From assembly GCF_000009045.1 (NCBI RefSeq), contig NC_000964.3, positions 186,001 to 250,000 of the forward strand: a stretch of 64,000 nt of DNA. Reading direction: 5' to 3'. Source of the stretch: Bacillus subtilis subsp. subtilis str. 168 (lineage in GTDB: Bacteria > Bacillota > Bacilli > Bacillales > Bacillaceae). The notes below the pieces were generated by a model. It did not search any database and was not told where the DNA came from. It saw only the letters and a program-made list of their open reading frames with translations. Shown piece by piece: positions 1 to 10,212 of the stretch; the stretch's first letter is position 1; every line of letters begins with the position of its first letter. Position numbers and translations under genes: made by a program.

Positions 1-438
1 CCCGACATCCTGAATGTCAAACATTAGAATATCGACATTTTTAAGCATTTCTGGAGTCGGTTTTTTCGTTTTTCCGTAGAGGCTGTATACGGGAACCCCG
101 GTTTTTTCGTCAATGTAAGAGCCTACTTCGTCTCCAGCCTGGGCGTCACCGCGGACGCCGTGTTCAGGGCCGAATAAAGCTGTCAGTTTGATATCCGGGT
201 TCTCGTAAAGGATATCGACACTGCTTTTTAGAGATGTGTTTACTCCGGCTGGATTGGTGATCAGTCCGATGCGTTTTCCCTTGAGCTGTTTTTTATAGTC
301 TGGCAAGAGCGTGTCTATCCCAGTCTGGACTTTAGGTTTTTTAGCTGTTTGATTCTTTGAATCGGGTGAAGCAGAGGCAGCGGTTATCGTTCCGAACATC
401 ATGAGCCCTGTCAGAAAAGCGAATATTGTTTTTCTCAT
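1..438 (-). CDS. namZ: Exo-beta-N-acetylmuramidase (DUF1343), N-terminal part, runs off the window
   Basis: ATG at 438 behind SD AAGGAGG; translates MRKTIFAFLTGLMMFG (signal peptide)...GLITNPAG...LFGPEHG...FDIQDVG, typical DUF1343 motifs. Confidence 0.9.
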   Translation of the reverse strand, partial: MRKTIFAFLTGLMMFGTITAASASPDSKNQTAKKPKVQTGIDTLLPDYKKQLKGKRIGLITNPAGVNTSLKSSVDILYENPDIKLTALFGPEHGVRGDAQAGDEVGSYIDEKTGVPVYSLYGKTKKPTPEMLKNVDILMFDIQDVG

Positions 439-451
439 GTGTCCCTCCTTA

Positions 452-2380
452 TTAAAGCGGTCTTCCCGTTTTGATATTTAATCCGTAGCCAAGTGGGTAA
501 AGGGTGTTCCCTGGTTTCGTGACTGACGGAATGTCAACTGGAAGTGTGCCTTTAGGTTTTGCCTGGCCGAATATCGCCATCACTCCGGCCGGAATATTAG
601 GTTGAAGATAACGGCCATTTGCGTATCCTTTAAAGCCATAGACTGCAATCAGTGCTTTTGCTTCTTCGAAATTGGCTGCGTCATAGGGGTTGCGCAGGCT
701 CATTAAGACAAATGGTTTGTTGTGCTGCAGTGCGGCTTTCATGACAGCTCTCGGAAACACGGTGGCCCATTTGCTTGAATCTGATATTGTGTCGTCGATG
801 ACACCGTCGTTGACGACAGGGTCATTTTTGACGACATAGGAGCCGGTAATGATATAATCAGCCTCTTTTACTTGTTTTTCATGCTCGGTCTTAAATACTT
901 GGCTGGCAAAGTTCATTTTGCTGAGGGATACGGGTTTGATTTTCTTTCGCTTGATGAGATCGTGAATGGTTTGTTCGATTGAAGCAGTTTGTTCTTCGTA
1001 AGGTGCCACAATTAAGATTCGGCTGCCTTTTTTAGGCTTGAACGGCAAAGTGTGCTGTTCATTTTTTAATACAGTTACTGCTTTTTCAGCTAATTTTTTC
1101 TCTGCTTTCAGGTGCTGCTTGCTTCCTACGATTTTTTTGGCTTTGGCTATTTTTTCTTTTGTACTGTCGCTGTTTCGCGCTGGATACATGCCGCGTTTTA
1201 TTTTCAGGGAAATGATTCTTTCAACTGAATTGTTGATTTGTTGTTCAGGAATATCCCCGTTTTTCACGGCTTCTTTCAAAGCTTGAATAACACGTGCGAA
1301 TTTCTGTTCTTCTTTCAATGAAGTGACTGAGGCTGGCATTAATGCAATATCGACACCAGCTTTTACGGCCATGACCACAGCCTCTTCCTGTCCGAAATGA
1401 TCTGCGATTGCCTTCATATTGAGCGCATCGGTAACGATGACCCCATTAAAGCCCATTTCCTGACGAAGAAGACCTGTCATCACTTTTTTTGAAAGTGTAG
1501 CTGGAACCAGAATGTCCGATCCATCGAGTTTGCTTTTGTAAGTGGTGTCATCAAAGGCGGGAAACTGAACATGGGCTGTCATCACCATATCAGCACCAGC
1601 ATCAATTGCTTTTTGAAAAGGATAAAGCTCGACCTCACGAAGCCGTTCTTGGCCATGGGAAACGAGCGGCAGTCCATAATGGCTGTCAACGTCCGTGTCT
1701 CCATGTCCCGGGAAATGTTTGAGGGCAGACGCGATATCCTGCCGCTGCAACCCTTTCATCGTATATAAACCGAGGCGTGATGTCAGTTCTCGATTGGAGC
1801 TGAATGACCGTACGCCGATTACAGGATTATCAGGATTATTGTTAATGTCCACGACAGGGCTGAAATCTGTATTGATGCCTAAGGCAGAGAGCTCTTTTCC
1901 GATGATGCTGCCGGTCTGATACGCATTGATTCTGCTTCTGGCTGCGCCCAGCGCCATATTCCCTGGGAAATTAGTGCCCTCCCCTAACCTCGTTACAATG
2001 CCGCCTTCCTGATCAATACTCAGCATGAGCGGGATTTTTGGACTTGCCTTTTGGTAATCGTCTGTCAGTTGGACAGTTTGTTTTGTTGTTTTTACATTTT
2101 CTGCAAAAAGGATGATGCCTCCGAATTGATATTTCTTGACGAGGCTGGCGACTTCATCATTCATTTTTGTAAGGGCTTGCGGAGAGGACTCGCCTTCCTT
2201 TTGCCAATTTCTAAAATCAGGCATCAGCATCTGGCCGAGTTTTTCATCTAACGACATACGATTGACAATCTGATTGGCATCGATTGCACGTTTGGATGCA
2301 GAGGCTTCTGTCTGTCTGGCCCCGAAAAAGCATGAAAGAAAGAGAACGGCTGAAAGGATAAGCGGAAAGACAGGTCTCAT
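452..2380 (-). CDS. nagZ: GH3 beta-N-acetylglucosaminidase
   Basis: 642 aa; export signal, KHFPGHG and DQEGG GH3 motifs; position in recycling operon. Confidence 0.97.
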
Positions 2381-2407
2381 AGAAACTTCCTCCTATCGTC
2401 TAATCAT

Positions 2408-3733
2408 TCACTCCATCGCTTCATAAATCGCGGTTATGACACTTCCATAACTGCCTGTTGGAAATTGGTCACCTTCAAAGACGTTCGGATTTTCTTCCGG
2501 ATCAATAACTGGTGTATGCTTTTTATTTGTTAACAATGCGATGCCTAAATTGTATGCTGGATCAATAATTGTAACTGTCCCCGTCCAGCCGGTATGCCCG
2601 TAAGCATTTTCGCTGGCATGAGGGCCAAACATCCATTCCATGCTTTTACTTCCGTTCCGCCTCCAGCCAAGAGCGAATGTCGGATCTGTTGCTGAAGGTG
2701 CTGTAAACAGGTCGGCTGTTTTCTGATCAAATAAAGAAATGTTTCGGTATGAACCTTTGTTTAACATGACTTGCAGCAGTATGGCCATATCATCTGCATT
2801 TGAGAACAATCCGGCATGCCCAGACACGCCGTCCATTGAGTAAAACGCTTTTTCGTCATGCACCTCTCCTTGCAGCGTGTTTGTGCGGATGTTAGGGAAT
2901 TGAATAACGCCGTCACGTGTATTGCCCATGCGTTCAGTAGCTGCGAACTGTTTCGGTTTAAAGCCCTTTTGCAGCGGATTGTACAAGGTATGCTTCAGCC
3001 TGAGCGGTTTGTAGAGCTCTTGCTCCGTGTAGACATCAAGCGGTTTGCCGGTGAGTTTTTCGACAATACATCCGAGTAGCATATATCCAATGTCACTGTA
3101 TACGTGTTTTGTCCCGGTTTGATAATCGAGCGGAATTTTCGTCAAATATTCAATCGTTTTGTCCCGTTCTTGGGAATAGTACTTGCCGGCTTTTTCCGGC
3201 GTGTAAAAGTAAAAGCTTGATGGGAGCCCTGATTGGTGCTGGAGGACATCAATGACACGTATCTTGTCTTTTCCTTTTATGAGGTCACCCGGCTGATCCT
3301 TGAAACCCGGCAAATATGCAGAAACTTTTTCATAGACGTCAAGTTTTCCTTGGCTGACTAAGCGCTGCAATGCAAAATTTGTTGCGTACATTTTTGTATT
3401 TGAGGCTAAGTCAAACATCGTGCGGGTTTTCATTTTGGCCGGACGGCGCAGCAGTTCTGATCCTTCGTACTTTTTACTGTAGCCGTATGCTGCTTTTTTT
3501 ATGATGCGTCCATCCTTCACCACCACAAGAACGGCGCCTGGAAATCCTGCTGCAATATCCCGTTCTATCATCTGATCTACCTTCCTTAGCTTCTTCGTCG
3601 AGAATTGTGCAGTTTCTGCATTTATGATTTTCGGCTCAATCAAGTTGCCTGCTGTTTGTGCGAAGGTTTCATTTGGCGCAAATATCGATAGGGTTAAAAT
3701 GGCACTGAATATGAACAGTGTCTTTGTTTTCAC
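2408..3733 (-). CDS. amiE: N-acetylmuramyl-L-alanine amidase, beta-lactamase fold
   Basis: 441 aa; signal peptide, SxxK (SNTK), YSD, HTG motifs. Confidence 0.93.
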   Translation of the reverse strand: MKTKTLFIFSAILTLSIFAPNETFAQTAGNLIEPKIINAETAQFSTKKLRKVDQMIERDIAAGFPGAVLVVVKDGRIIKKAAYGYSKKYEGSELLRRPAKMKTRTMFDLASNTKMYATNFALQRLVSQGKLDVYEKVSAYLPGFKDQPGDLIKGKDKIRVIDVLQHQSGLPSSFYFYTPEKAGKYYSQERDKTIEYLTKIPLDYQTGTKHVYSDIGYMLLGCIVEKLTGKPLDVYTEQELYKPLRLKHTLYNPLQKGFKPKQFAATERMGNTRDGVIQFPNIRTNTLQGEVHDEKAFYSMDGVSGHAGLFSNADDMAILLQVMLNKGSYRNISLFDQKTADLFTAPSATDPTFALGWRRNGSKSMEWMFGPHASENAYGHTGWTGTVTIIDPAYNLGIALLTNKKHTPVIDPEENPNVFEGDQFPTGSYGSVITAIYEAME

Positions 3734-3789
3734 AGGCTAGCCCCTTTCTGTGCTTCTATCCCGTTTACTATCCCTAAAACAGAAACAAT

Positions 3790-5157
3790 TTAATCGAACT
3801 GAGAAGCCATTTCATCTTTATATCCGAATGCATAGGTCAATAAAAAACCGGCCGCGTAGGAAATAAAGAGCCCAACGATATACAGGATGATTTGCGAAGG
3901 CAGGACTAGAAAAGATAGCGGCAGTCCGGAGACACCAATCGCAATGGTGGCTACTTGAAAATAAGCTTGAAAGGCGCCGCCGATTCCAGCTCCTAAACAT
4001 GCTGTTAAAAACGGACGGCCAAGCGGCAGCGTGACTCCGAAAATAAGCGGTTCACCAATGCCGAGCAGTCCCGATGGAAGCCCGCCGGCGATTGCTTTCC
4101 TCAGTGTTGTTTTTTTCGTCTTCACGAAAACGGCAAAGGCCGCGCCTACCTGTCCTGCACCTCCCATAGCCAAAATAGGGAGCAGAGGATCATTGCCAAT
4201 TGAATTGATCAGTTCCATGTGCACAGGCGTCAAGCCTTGATGCAGTCCGGTTACGACGAGAGGAAGGAAGGTTGCGCCCAGAATAAAGCCCGCAGCGATG
4301 CCGCCGATGTCCAGGATGGACAGTAGGCCGGATGTAATAGCATCAGAAATGAATCCGCCTAAAGGCATAAATACGACATACGTTACGATTCCGGTGATTA
4401 ACAGTGAAACGGTGGGTGTGACAATGATATCAAGTGATTGAGGAATAAAACGGCGAATAAATTGTTCGGTGTAAGCAATGAATATGGCTGCGAAAAGGAC
4501 GCCGATCAGACCTCCCCTGCCCGGGAGAAGCTCTTCTCCAAATAAACTGATTTTTGCGATCTCCGGATTGATAATCAAGATCCCGGCCAAAGCCCCAAGT
4601 GCGGGTGTCCCGCCAAATTCTTTCGAAGCGTTAATACCGACGAGAATGCCGAGATAAGTGAACAGCCCTGATCCGATGACTGTCAGGATAATCGCAATTT
4701 GTGAGTCTGCAGAGAGCCAGCCTGCTTGAATAATTGCTTTGGTAATCCCAGTAATTAAACCGGAAGCGACTAGAGCGGGAATAAGAGGGATAAAAATGCT
4801 GGCAATTTTACGTAAGAAAAGTTTAAAAGGAGTGGCATTTTTCCGATTGATATCGGCTTTCTTTTTGGCCGCTGCTTCTTTGACATCGGCACCTTCTTCT
4901 GCTGACACGAGCTTTGAGAAAGCAGCTGTAACATGATTGACAACTCCTGTGCCGAGGATAATTTGTAAGGTTTCAGCTTCAACGACCCCCAATACGCCGT
5001 CAAGCTTTCTTAAAGCCTGAGCATCCGCTTTGCTTTCATCGTAAGGCGTAATGCGCAGGCGTGTCATGCAATGCGTATATGAAGAAATATTGGATTTTCC
5101 TCCGCATAGCTCAAGGATTTTCTGTGCGAGATGATGGTAGTTATTTTCTTTGCTCAT
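3790..5157 (-). CDS. murP: PTS EIIBC for MurNAc
   Basis: HCMTRLR EIIB motif followed by hydrophobic EIIC domain. Confidence 0.95.
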   Translation of the reverse strand: MSKENNYHHLAQKILELCGGKSNISSYTHCMTRLRITPYDESKADAQALRKLDGVLGVVEAETLQIILGTGVVNHVTAAFSKLVSAEEGADVKEAAAKKKADINRKNATPFKLFLRKIASIFIPLIPALVASGLITGITKAIIQAGWLSADSQIAIILTVIGSGLFTYLGILVGINASKEFGGTPALGALAGILIINPEIAKISLFGEELLPGRGGLIGVLFAAIFIAYTEQFIRRFIPQSLDIIVTPTVSLLITGIVTYVVFMPLGGFISDAITSGLLSILDIGGIAAGFILGATFLPLVVTGLHQGLTPVHMELINSIGNDPLLPILAMGGAGQVGAAFAVFVKTKKTTLRKAIAGGLPSGLLGIGEPLIFGVTLPLGRPFLTACLGAGIGGAFQAYFQVATIAIGVSGLPLSFLVLPSQIILYIVGLFISYAAGFLLTYAFGYKDEMASQFD

Positions 5158-5182
5158 TAAAACCCCTCCCCTTCAAGATGCC

Positions 5183-6034
5183 TTATTTTATTCTCATAGA
5201 TTGTATGGCTGCTCTCGTTTTATCTATATAACCGGTTGTCGTTTCATACTGCTCAGCCGCCATGCCTAAAAACAAAACATCAATTATAAAAAGCTGGGCG
5301 AGGCGGGAAGAAGTGGCTGCACTTCGAATCAAGGCTTCATTGGAATGGGCTGTATACAAAGGGACATCAGCCAGTGCGGAGACGGATGTCTGACTGAATT
5401 GTGTGAGGCTGATCGTTGTGATGCCTTTTTCCTTAGCCATGGCGAACAGTTCAACGATTTCCTGTGTCTCTCCTGAAAACGAAATGGCGAATACGATGTC
5501 GTCTTTATCTGCATTTGCGATTAAAGATGCCACAAGATGAGTGTCTGTAAACGCGGTTGCTTGTTTATGAATGCGAAGCCACTTTTGCTGGGCGTCCTTG
5601 GCGACAATGCCGGAAGCCCCGAGGCCGATAAAATGCACGGTATGAGCTTTGAGAAGCAGAGAAACCGCTCGTTCAAGCTCTTTGTAGTCCATCAGGTCTG
5701 AAGTATCCTGAATGGCTTGAATGGCATTGCCGGCCGTTTTTTCGGAAATGGAGGGCAGCGGCTCGTGGGGAACAATATCCCGGTAGCCCTGAAACGTAGG
5801 CTTTGCCAGATCGCCTGCTACTCTCATTTTTAAATCTTGAAATCCTTTTAAACCGAGTGATTTGCAGAGCCTGATGACGGCAGCGTCACTTGAATTGGCT
5901 AAGGCGCTGATTTCGTTGACCGTGCTTTCGATTGCTTTGTGGGGATGGGCTAGGATATAATCTGCAAGTTTGCGCTCGGATGGAGGGAGCTTATGCTTCA
6001 TTGATTGGATGATCGCTAAACCGCCTGTGGCCAT
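5183..6034 (-). CDS. murR: RpiR-family regulator (HTH + SIS)
   Basis: Start MATGGL at 6034 behind SD AAGGAG; S..AVIRLCK.LG.KGF HTH and SIS domain. Confidence 0.93.
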   Translation of the reverse strand: MATGGLAIIQSMKHKLPPSERKLADYILAHPHKAIESTVNEISALANSSDAAVIRLCKSLGLKGFQDLKMRVAGDLAKPTFQGYRDIVPHEPLPSISEKTAGNAIQAIQDTSDLMDYKELERAVSLLLKAHTVHFIGLGASGIVAKDAQQKWLRIHKQATAFTDTHLVASLIANADKDDIVFAISFSGETQEIVELFAMAKEKGITTISLTQFSQTSVSALADVPLYTAHSNEALIRSAATSSRLAQLFIIDVLFLGMAAEQYETTTGYIDKTRAAIQSMRIK

Positions 6035-6050
6035 TCTAGTTCTCTCCTTA

Positions 6051-6965
6051 TCATGGATGGTAATGTTCGATTGCTTTGTCAATGAAACCGTTTGCTTCAT
6101 CGAGTAATGTCTGTGCTTGTTTCTGATCTGTGCTTGTTTTGAGCATGACGATTGCTGTTTTGACGTGATGATCGGCTTGTTCCAGAGTGTATCTGGCTGT
6201 GTCGTATGAAGCGTTTGTAAGGCTTTGGATGATGCTGATGGCGCGTTCTTTTAGTTTTTTGTTGCTGACGTTGACGTCTACCATCAAGTTTTCGTAAACC
6301 TTGCCGATTTTGACCATTACAGCGGTAGATATCATGTTTAGAATCATTTTATGAGCGGTTGCGGCTTTCATACGTGTTGATCCTGTAATGGCCTCAGGTC
6401 CGACGACAACCTCAATGCTGTGATCCGCATCCTTGCTGATGGCGGAATTTTCATTGCAAGTAAGGGCGATGGTGTGTGCTCCGACTTTACGGGCGTATCT
6501 TAGGGCGCCTGCGGCGTAGGGTGTGCGGCCGCTTGCTGCGATGGCAATGACGGTGTCATTTGAAGTGAGCTGTATGTTTCTTAAATCTTCAGCTCCTGCT
6601 TCTTCACTGTCTTCAATGCCCTCTGCTGCCTGTAAAAAGGCTTCGGGGCCTCCAGCCATGATTCCGATGACCTGATCTGGGCTTACGCTGTAGGTGGGAG
6701 GACATTCAACAGCATCCATGACGCCGAGTCTGCCGCTTGTGCCGGCGCCTGTATATATGAGCCGGCCTCCATTTTGAAACGATTCATATGCGCAGTCTAC
6801 AGCTGTTTTGATGTCGGGGAGAACCTCCTGAACGGCTGCAGCGACTTTCATATCTTCGTTGTTGATCATTTTAAGGATGCCGAGAGTGTTTGCTTTGTGG
6901 ATTTCAACTGTTTGACTATTGCGTGATTCCGTTGTAAGACGGTGAAGGTTTAATGGTTCTGACAT
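6051..6965 (-). CDS. murQ: N-acetylmuramic acid-6-phosphate etherase
   Basis: Start MSEPLN at 6965; [15 protein letters not shown] and GSTRMKA motifs. Confidence 0.96.
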   Translation of the reverse strand: MSEPLNLHRLTTESRNSQTVEIHKANTLGILKMINNEDMKVAAAVQEVLPDIKTAVDCAYESFQNGGRLIYTGAGTSGRLGVMDAVECPPTYSVSPDQVIGIMAGGPEAFLQAAEGIEDSEEAGAEDLRNIQLTSNDTVIAIAASGRTPYAAGALRYARKVGAHTIALTCNENSAISKDADHSIEVVVGPEAITGSTRMKAATAHKMILNMISTAVMVKIGKVYENLMVDVNVSNKKLKERAISIIQSLTNASYDTARYTLEQADHHVKTAIVMLKTSTDQKQAQTLLDEANGFIDKAIEHYHP

Positions 6966-7052
6966 GAGGATGCCCCCTGTTTTAAAATGATATATCTCAA
7001 TATTCAGTATATTCATTTCTGTTATGATATTTCAACTATGTTTTTAAATTTT

Positions 7053-7067
7053 TGAAATTTTATTTCA
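7053..7067. promoter_or_regulatory. Candidate MurR operator
   Basis: Perfect palindrome TGAAAT-ttt-ATTTCA upstream of murQ. Confidence 0.45.
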
Positions 7068-7074
7068 CTTAAGA

Positions 7075-7557
7075 CTATAAGAAATGATGAAGGATCAACT
7101 GTTCTCCAAGCGGCCCGATTCTTCGCCGTCCTTTATCAAGGAACCCGCTTTTCATATAAAGGTGTTTTGCGCGTATGTTCAGATGATTGACGGCCAAGAT
7201 GATTTCGTCGCACCATGGAAAATATCCGCTCACAAAAGCGGGAAGCAAAAGCATGGCTTTTTTCGCATAGCCTTTTCCGTGATGCACAGCGGTTAAAGAC
7301 AGGGAGCTGAGCAGTAAAGCAAATGGATTGTTAGAATAGGAAGCAAGCGTTTCTTTTGATGCATGTAAAATGAAAAAACCGACTGGAAGGTCGTCTTTTA
7401 AGATGACAACCGGGTATCGGTCCTGTATGCCCAGAGCCTGAGACAGCACCTCTTTCGGGAGGGAGGTAAAGCGTTTGTCATCGTTGGTGAGCGTGAATGA
7501 TTGGAGCTCGGGCAAGTGTTCAGGCTTATAGAAGGATAAAGAAATGTCTTGAGTCAT
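7075..7557 (-). CDS. ybbJ: GNAT-family acetyltransferase
   Basis: 160 aa; HHGKGYAK acetyl-CoA loop-like motif and LY.K.GF. Confidence 0.85.
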   Translation of the reverse strand: MTQDISLSFYKPEHLPELQSFTLTNDDKRFTSLPKEVLSQALGIQDRYPVVILKDDLPVGFFILHASKETLASYSNNPFALLLSSLSLTAVHHGKGYAKKAMLLLPAFVSGYFPWCDEIILAVNHLNIRAKHLYMKSGFLDKGRRRIGPLGEQLILHHFL

Positions 7558-7569
7558 GGGGTGGCCTCC

Positions 7570-8025
7570 TTACAATATGTCGTTAAGCTCGTTTTCCGAA
7601 ATGACGCGGTAGCCCGCTTGTTTTAACAGTGCGGCGGTTACTCCGCTGCCGGTGATTTTTTTGCCAGAGAATGTGCCGTTATAGATAAAACCGCTTCCGC
7701 AAGATGGACTGTTTTCTTTTAATATGACGGCAGAAGCGTTGATTTCTTTTGCGTAAGCCAATGTTTTCGCGGCGCCTTCCATATATAGTTCTGTGACGTC
7801 TTCTCCTGAAGCTGTCACGATTTTCGCTGTTCCATTGAGGACATCCTCGCCAGTGCCTCCTATGATTTCTGCGGGTTCGCGTGGGGTAGAGAAGCCGCCG
7901 AGAAGTTCAGGGCAAGCCATGACTGCTTTCTTTTCATCGACTAGTTTTCTGATTTTCTCCGACGCTGCGTGAGAGCCGTTATATCTGCATTCAATGCCTC
8001 CAAGGCAAGAACTGACTAGAATCAT
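7570..8025 (-). CDS. ybbK: DUF523 thiouracil desulfurase-family Fe-S protein
   Basis: SSCLGG..CRYNG, CPE and SPSCG motifs of DUF523. Confidence 0.85.
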   Translation of the reverse strand: MILVSSCLGGIECRYNGSHAASEKIRKLVDEKKAVMACPELLGGFSTPREPAEIIGGTGEDVLNGTAKIVTASGEDVTELYMEGAAKTLAYAKEINASAVILKENSPSCGSGFIYNGTFSGKKITGSGVTAALLKQAGYRVISENELNDIL

Positions 8026-8145
8026 ATTGGTTTCTCCTCTCTTGCTTTGCTTGTCTCTATCATAAAATAAATGGCTTTAGTTGGGAGGCTTTTTCAGTTA
8101 AAAAAGGAGTTAAAAAGTTTGAAAATAAAAAATTTAATTTTCCTC

Positions 8146-8175
8146 TTTACAAACAGGGGGTGACCTGTATATAAT
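8146..8175 (+). promoter_or_regulatory. sigmaA promoter of the tRNA operon
   Basis: TTTACA-18-TATAAT with an A/T-rich upstream (UP-like) tract. Confidence 0.7.
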
Positions 8176-8204
8176 AACTTTTGTCAGCTCGACGAGAACA
8201 CAAC

Positions 8205-8279
8205 GGCCCGTTGGTCAAGCGGTTAAGACACCGCCCTTTCACGGCGGTAACACGGGTTCGAATCCCGTACGGGTCACCA
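8205..8279 (+). tRNA. tRNA-Glu(TTC)
   Basis: Cloverleaf; anticodon stem ccgcc/ggcgg around TTC; GTTCGAATC T-loop; encoded CCA. Confidence 0.98.
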
Positions 8280-8282
8280 TTT

Positions 8283-8358
8283 GGAGGATTAGCTCAGCTG
8301 GGAGAGCATCTGCCTTACAAGCAGAGGGTCGGCGGTTCGAGCCCGTCATCCTCCACCA
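8283..8358 (+). tRNA. tRNA-Val(TAC)
   Basis: tctgc/gcaga stem around TAC; encoded CCA. Confidence 0.98.
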
Positions 8359-8362
8359 TCTT

Positions 8363-8435
<73 letters not shown>

Positions 8436-8457
8436 CTGTTTTTTCAAAATTTTATGT

Positions 8458-8542
8458 GGAGGGGTAGCGAAGTGGCTAAACGCGGCGGACTGTAAATCCG
8501 CTCCCTCAGGGTTCGGCAGTTCGAATCTGCCCCCCTCCACCA
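8458..8542 (+). tRNA. tRNA-Tyr(GTA)
   Basis: gcgga/tccgc stem around GTA; long variable arm; encoded CCA. Confidence 0.98.
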
Positions 8543-8546
8543 TTAT

Positions 8547-8618
8547 TGGGCTATAGCCAAGCGGTAAGGCAACGGACTTTGACTCCGTCATGCGTTGGTT
8601 CGAATCCAGCTAGCCCAG
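8547..8618 (+). tRNA. tRNA-Gln(TTG), no encoded CCA
   Basis: acgga/tccgt stem around TTG; followed by TCA. Confidence 0.97.
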
Positions 8619-8622
8619 TCAC

Positions 8623-8655
8623 AGACACCTTTGATCAAAAGGTGTCTTTTTTCTT
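8623..8655 (+). terminator. Intrinsic terminator of the tRNA operon
   Basis: AGACACCTTT/AAAGGTGTCT hairpin plus T-tract. Confidence 0.9.
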
Positions 8656-8786
8656 TTCGGAAAAATCATTCCAACTTCTAACTGTTCAGTCTGTATAATA
8701 ATTTTAAAAATATGTTAAGGTAGTTTATTCACGAATTACCATCTACACCCTGCCAAAAATTTGATAAACTTATTTTATAAAAAAAT

Positions 8787-8812
8787 TGAAACCTTTTGAA
8801 ACGAAGCTCGTA
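8787..8812 (+). promoter_or_regulatory. sigmaW autoregulatory promoter
   Basis: TGAAAC-N16-CGTA, the sigmaW consensus. Confidence 0.93.
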
Positions 8813-8848
8813 TACATACAGACCGGTGAAGGCAGAGGTTAGATAAAT

Positions 8849-9412
8849 ATGGAAATGATGATTAAAAAAAGAATTAAACAAGTCAAAAAAGGCGACCAGG
8901 ATGCATTTGCGGACATCGTAGATATTTACAAAGATAAAATTTATCAGCTTTGCTACCGTATGCTTGGCAATGTGCATGAGGCGGAGGATATTGCACAGGA
9001 AGCTTTCATCAGAGCGTACGTTAATATCGACAGTTTTGATATTAACCGGAAATTTTCAACTTGGCTTTATCGAATCGCGACCAATTTGACCATTGACCGC
9101 ATTCGCAAAAAGAAGCCGGATTATTACCTCGACGCAGAGGTGGCTGGTACGGAAGGCTTGACCATGTATTCTCAAATCGTCGCAGATGGTGTTTTGCCTG
9201 AAGATGCAGTTGTATCGCTGGAGCTCTCAAACACGATACAGCAGAAAATTTTAAAGCTTCCTGACAAATACAGAACAGTCATCGTATTAAAGTATATTGA
9301 CGAACTCTCATTAATTGAAATCGGGGAGATTCTAAACATTCCTGTGGGGACTGTGAAAACGCGGATTCACAGAGGCAGAGAGGCTCTTAGAAAACAATTA
9401 AGGGATCTTTAA
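8849..9412 (+). CDS. sigW: ECF sigma factor SigW
   Basis: 187 aa; DIAQEAFIRAY region 2 and region 4 GTVKTRIHRGR. Confidence 0.98.
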   Translation: MEMMIKKRIKQVKKGDQDAFADIVDIYKDKIYQLCYRMLGNVHEAEDIAQEAFIRAYVNIDSFDINRKFSTWLYRIATNLTIDRIRKKKPDYYLDAEVAGTEGLTMYSQIVADGVLPEDAVVSLELSNTIQQKILKLPDKYRTVIVLKYIDELSLIEIGEILNIPVGTVKTRIHRGREALRKQLRDL

Positions 9413-9425
9413 GTGGGGTGATGAA

Positions 9426-10052
9426 ATGAGCTGTCCTGAACAAATTGTGCAGCTTATGCATATGCATCTTGATGGAGATATCCTTCCAAAAGATGAACAC
9501 GTATTAAATGAACATCTGGAGACATGCGAGAAATGCAGAAAGCATTTTTACGAGATGGAGAAATCCATAGCGCTCGTACGGAGCACATCGCATGTCGAAG
9601 CCCCCGCGGATTTTACCGCTAATGTCATGGCAAAATTGCCTAAGGAGAAGAAAAGAGCTTCTGTAAAAAGATGGTTCAGAACCCATCCCGTTATCGCAGC
9701 TGCTGCGGTATTCATCATTTTGATGGGCGGGGGTTTTTTTAACAGCTGGCATAATGACCACAATTTCAGCGTGTCCAAGCAGCCGAATCTTGTGGTTCAT
9801 AACCATACTGTGACCGTGCCAGAAGGTGAGACGGTCAAAGGTGATGTCACTGTCAAAAACGGCAAGCTGATTATTAAAGGCAAAATAGACGGGGATGTAA
9901 CCGTCGTAAACGGCGAAAAGTATATGGCCTCTGCTGGACAAGTCACCGGTCAGATTGAAGAAATCAATCAGTTATTCGACTGGACATGGTACAAGATGAA
10001 GTCTGCGGGGAAAAGTGTACTCGATGCATTCAATCCGAACGGAGAAGAGTAA
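9426..10052 (+). CDS. rsiW: Anti-sigmaW factor
   Basis: ZAS motif HLETCEKC (HxxxCxxC) and one TM helix. Confidence 0.97.
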   Translation: MSCPEQIVQLMHMHLDGDILPKDEHVLNEHLETCEKCRKHFYEMEKSIALVRSTSHVEAPADFTANVMAKLPKEKKRASVKRWFRTHPVIAAAAVFIILMGGGFFNSWHNDHNFSVSKQPNLVVHNHTVTVPEGETVKGDVTVKNGKLIIKGKIDGDVTVVNGEKYMASAGQVTGQIEEINQLFDWTWYKMKSAGKSVLDAFNPNGEE

Positions 10053-10080
10053 AGCGCGTTAGCCGCTTTGCTCTTTTTTT
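10045..10080 (+). terminator. sigW-rsiW terminator
   Basis: AAGAG.AAAGCG/CGCTTT.CTCTT bulged hairpin plus T-tract. Confidence 0.8.
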
Positions 10081-10103
10081 GCGGGCTGAGAGGGCTGGCA
10101 CAT

Positions 10104-10133
10104 TTCACTTGCTAAATCGAAATGTGGTATAAT
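10104..10133 (+). promoter_or_regulatory. sigmaA promoter of cdaA-cdaR-glmM
   Basis: Extended -10 TGnTATAAT at 10125-10133; weak -35 TTCACT. Confidence 0.7.
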
Positions 10134-10212
10134 GGGCTCGCTATGTAAAGTACATATGCGTAACACGTAAAACACAAAATACGAAATGACTGAAATCTTG
10201 GAGGACGAGGAA

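Noticed and set aside
9504-9941. 145-aa antisense ORF in rsiW
   Set aside because: Shadow of a known gene; no translation signals
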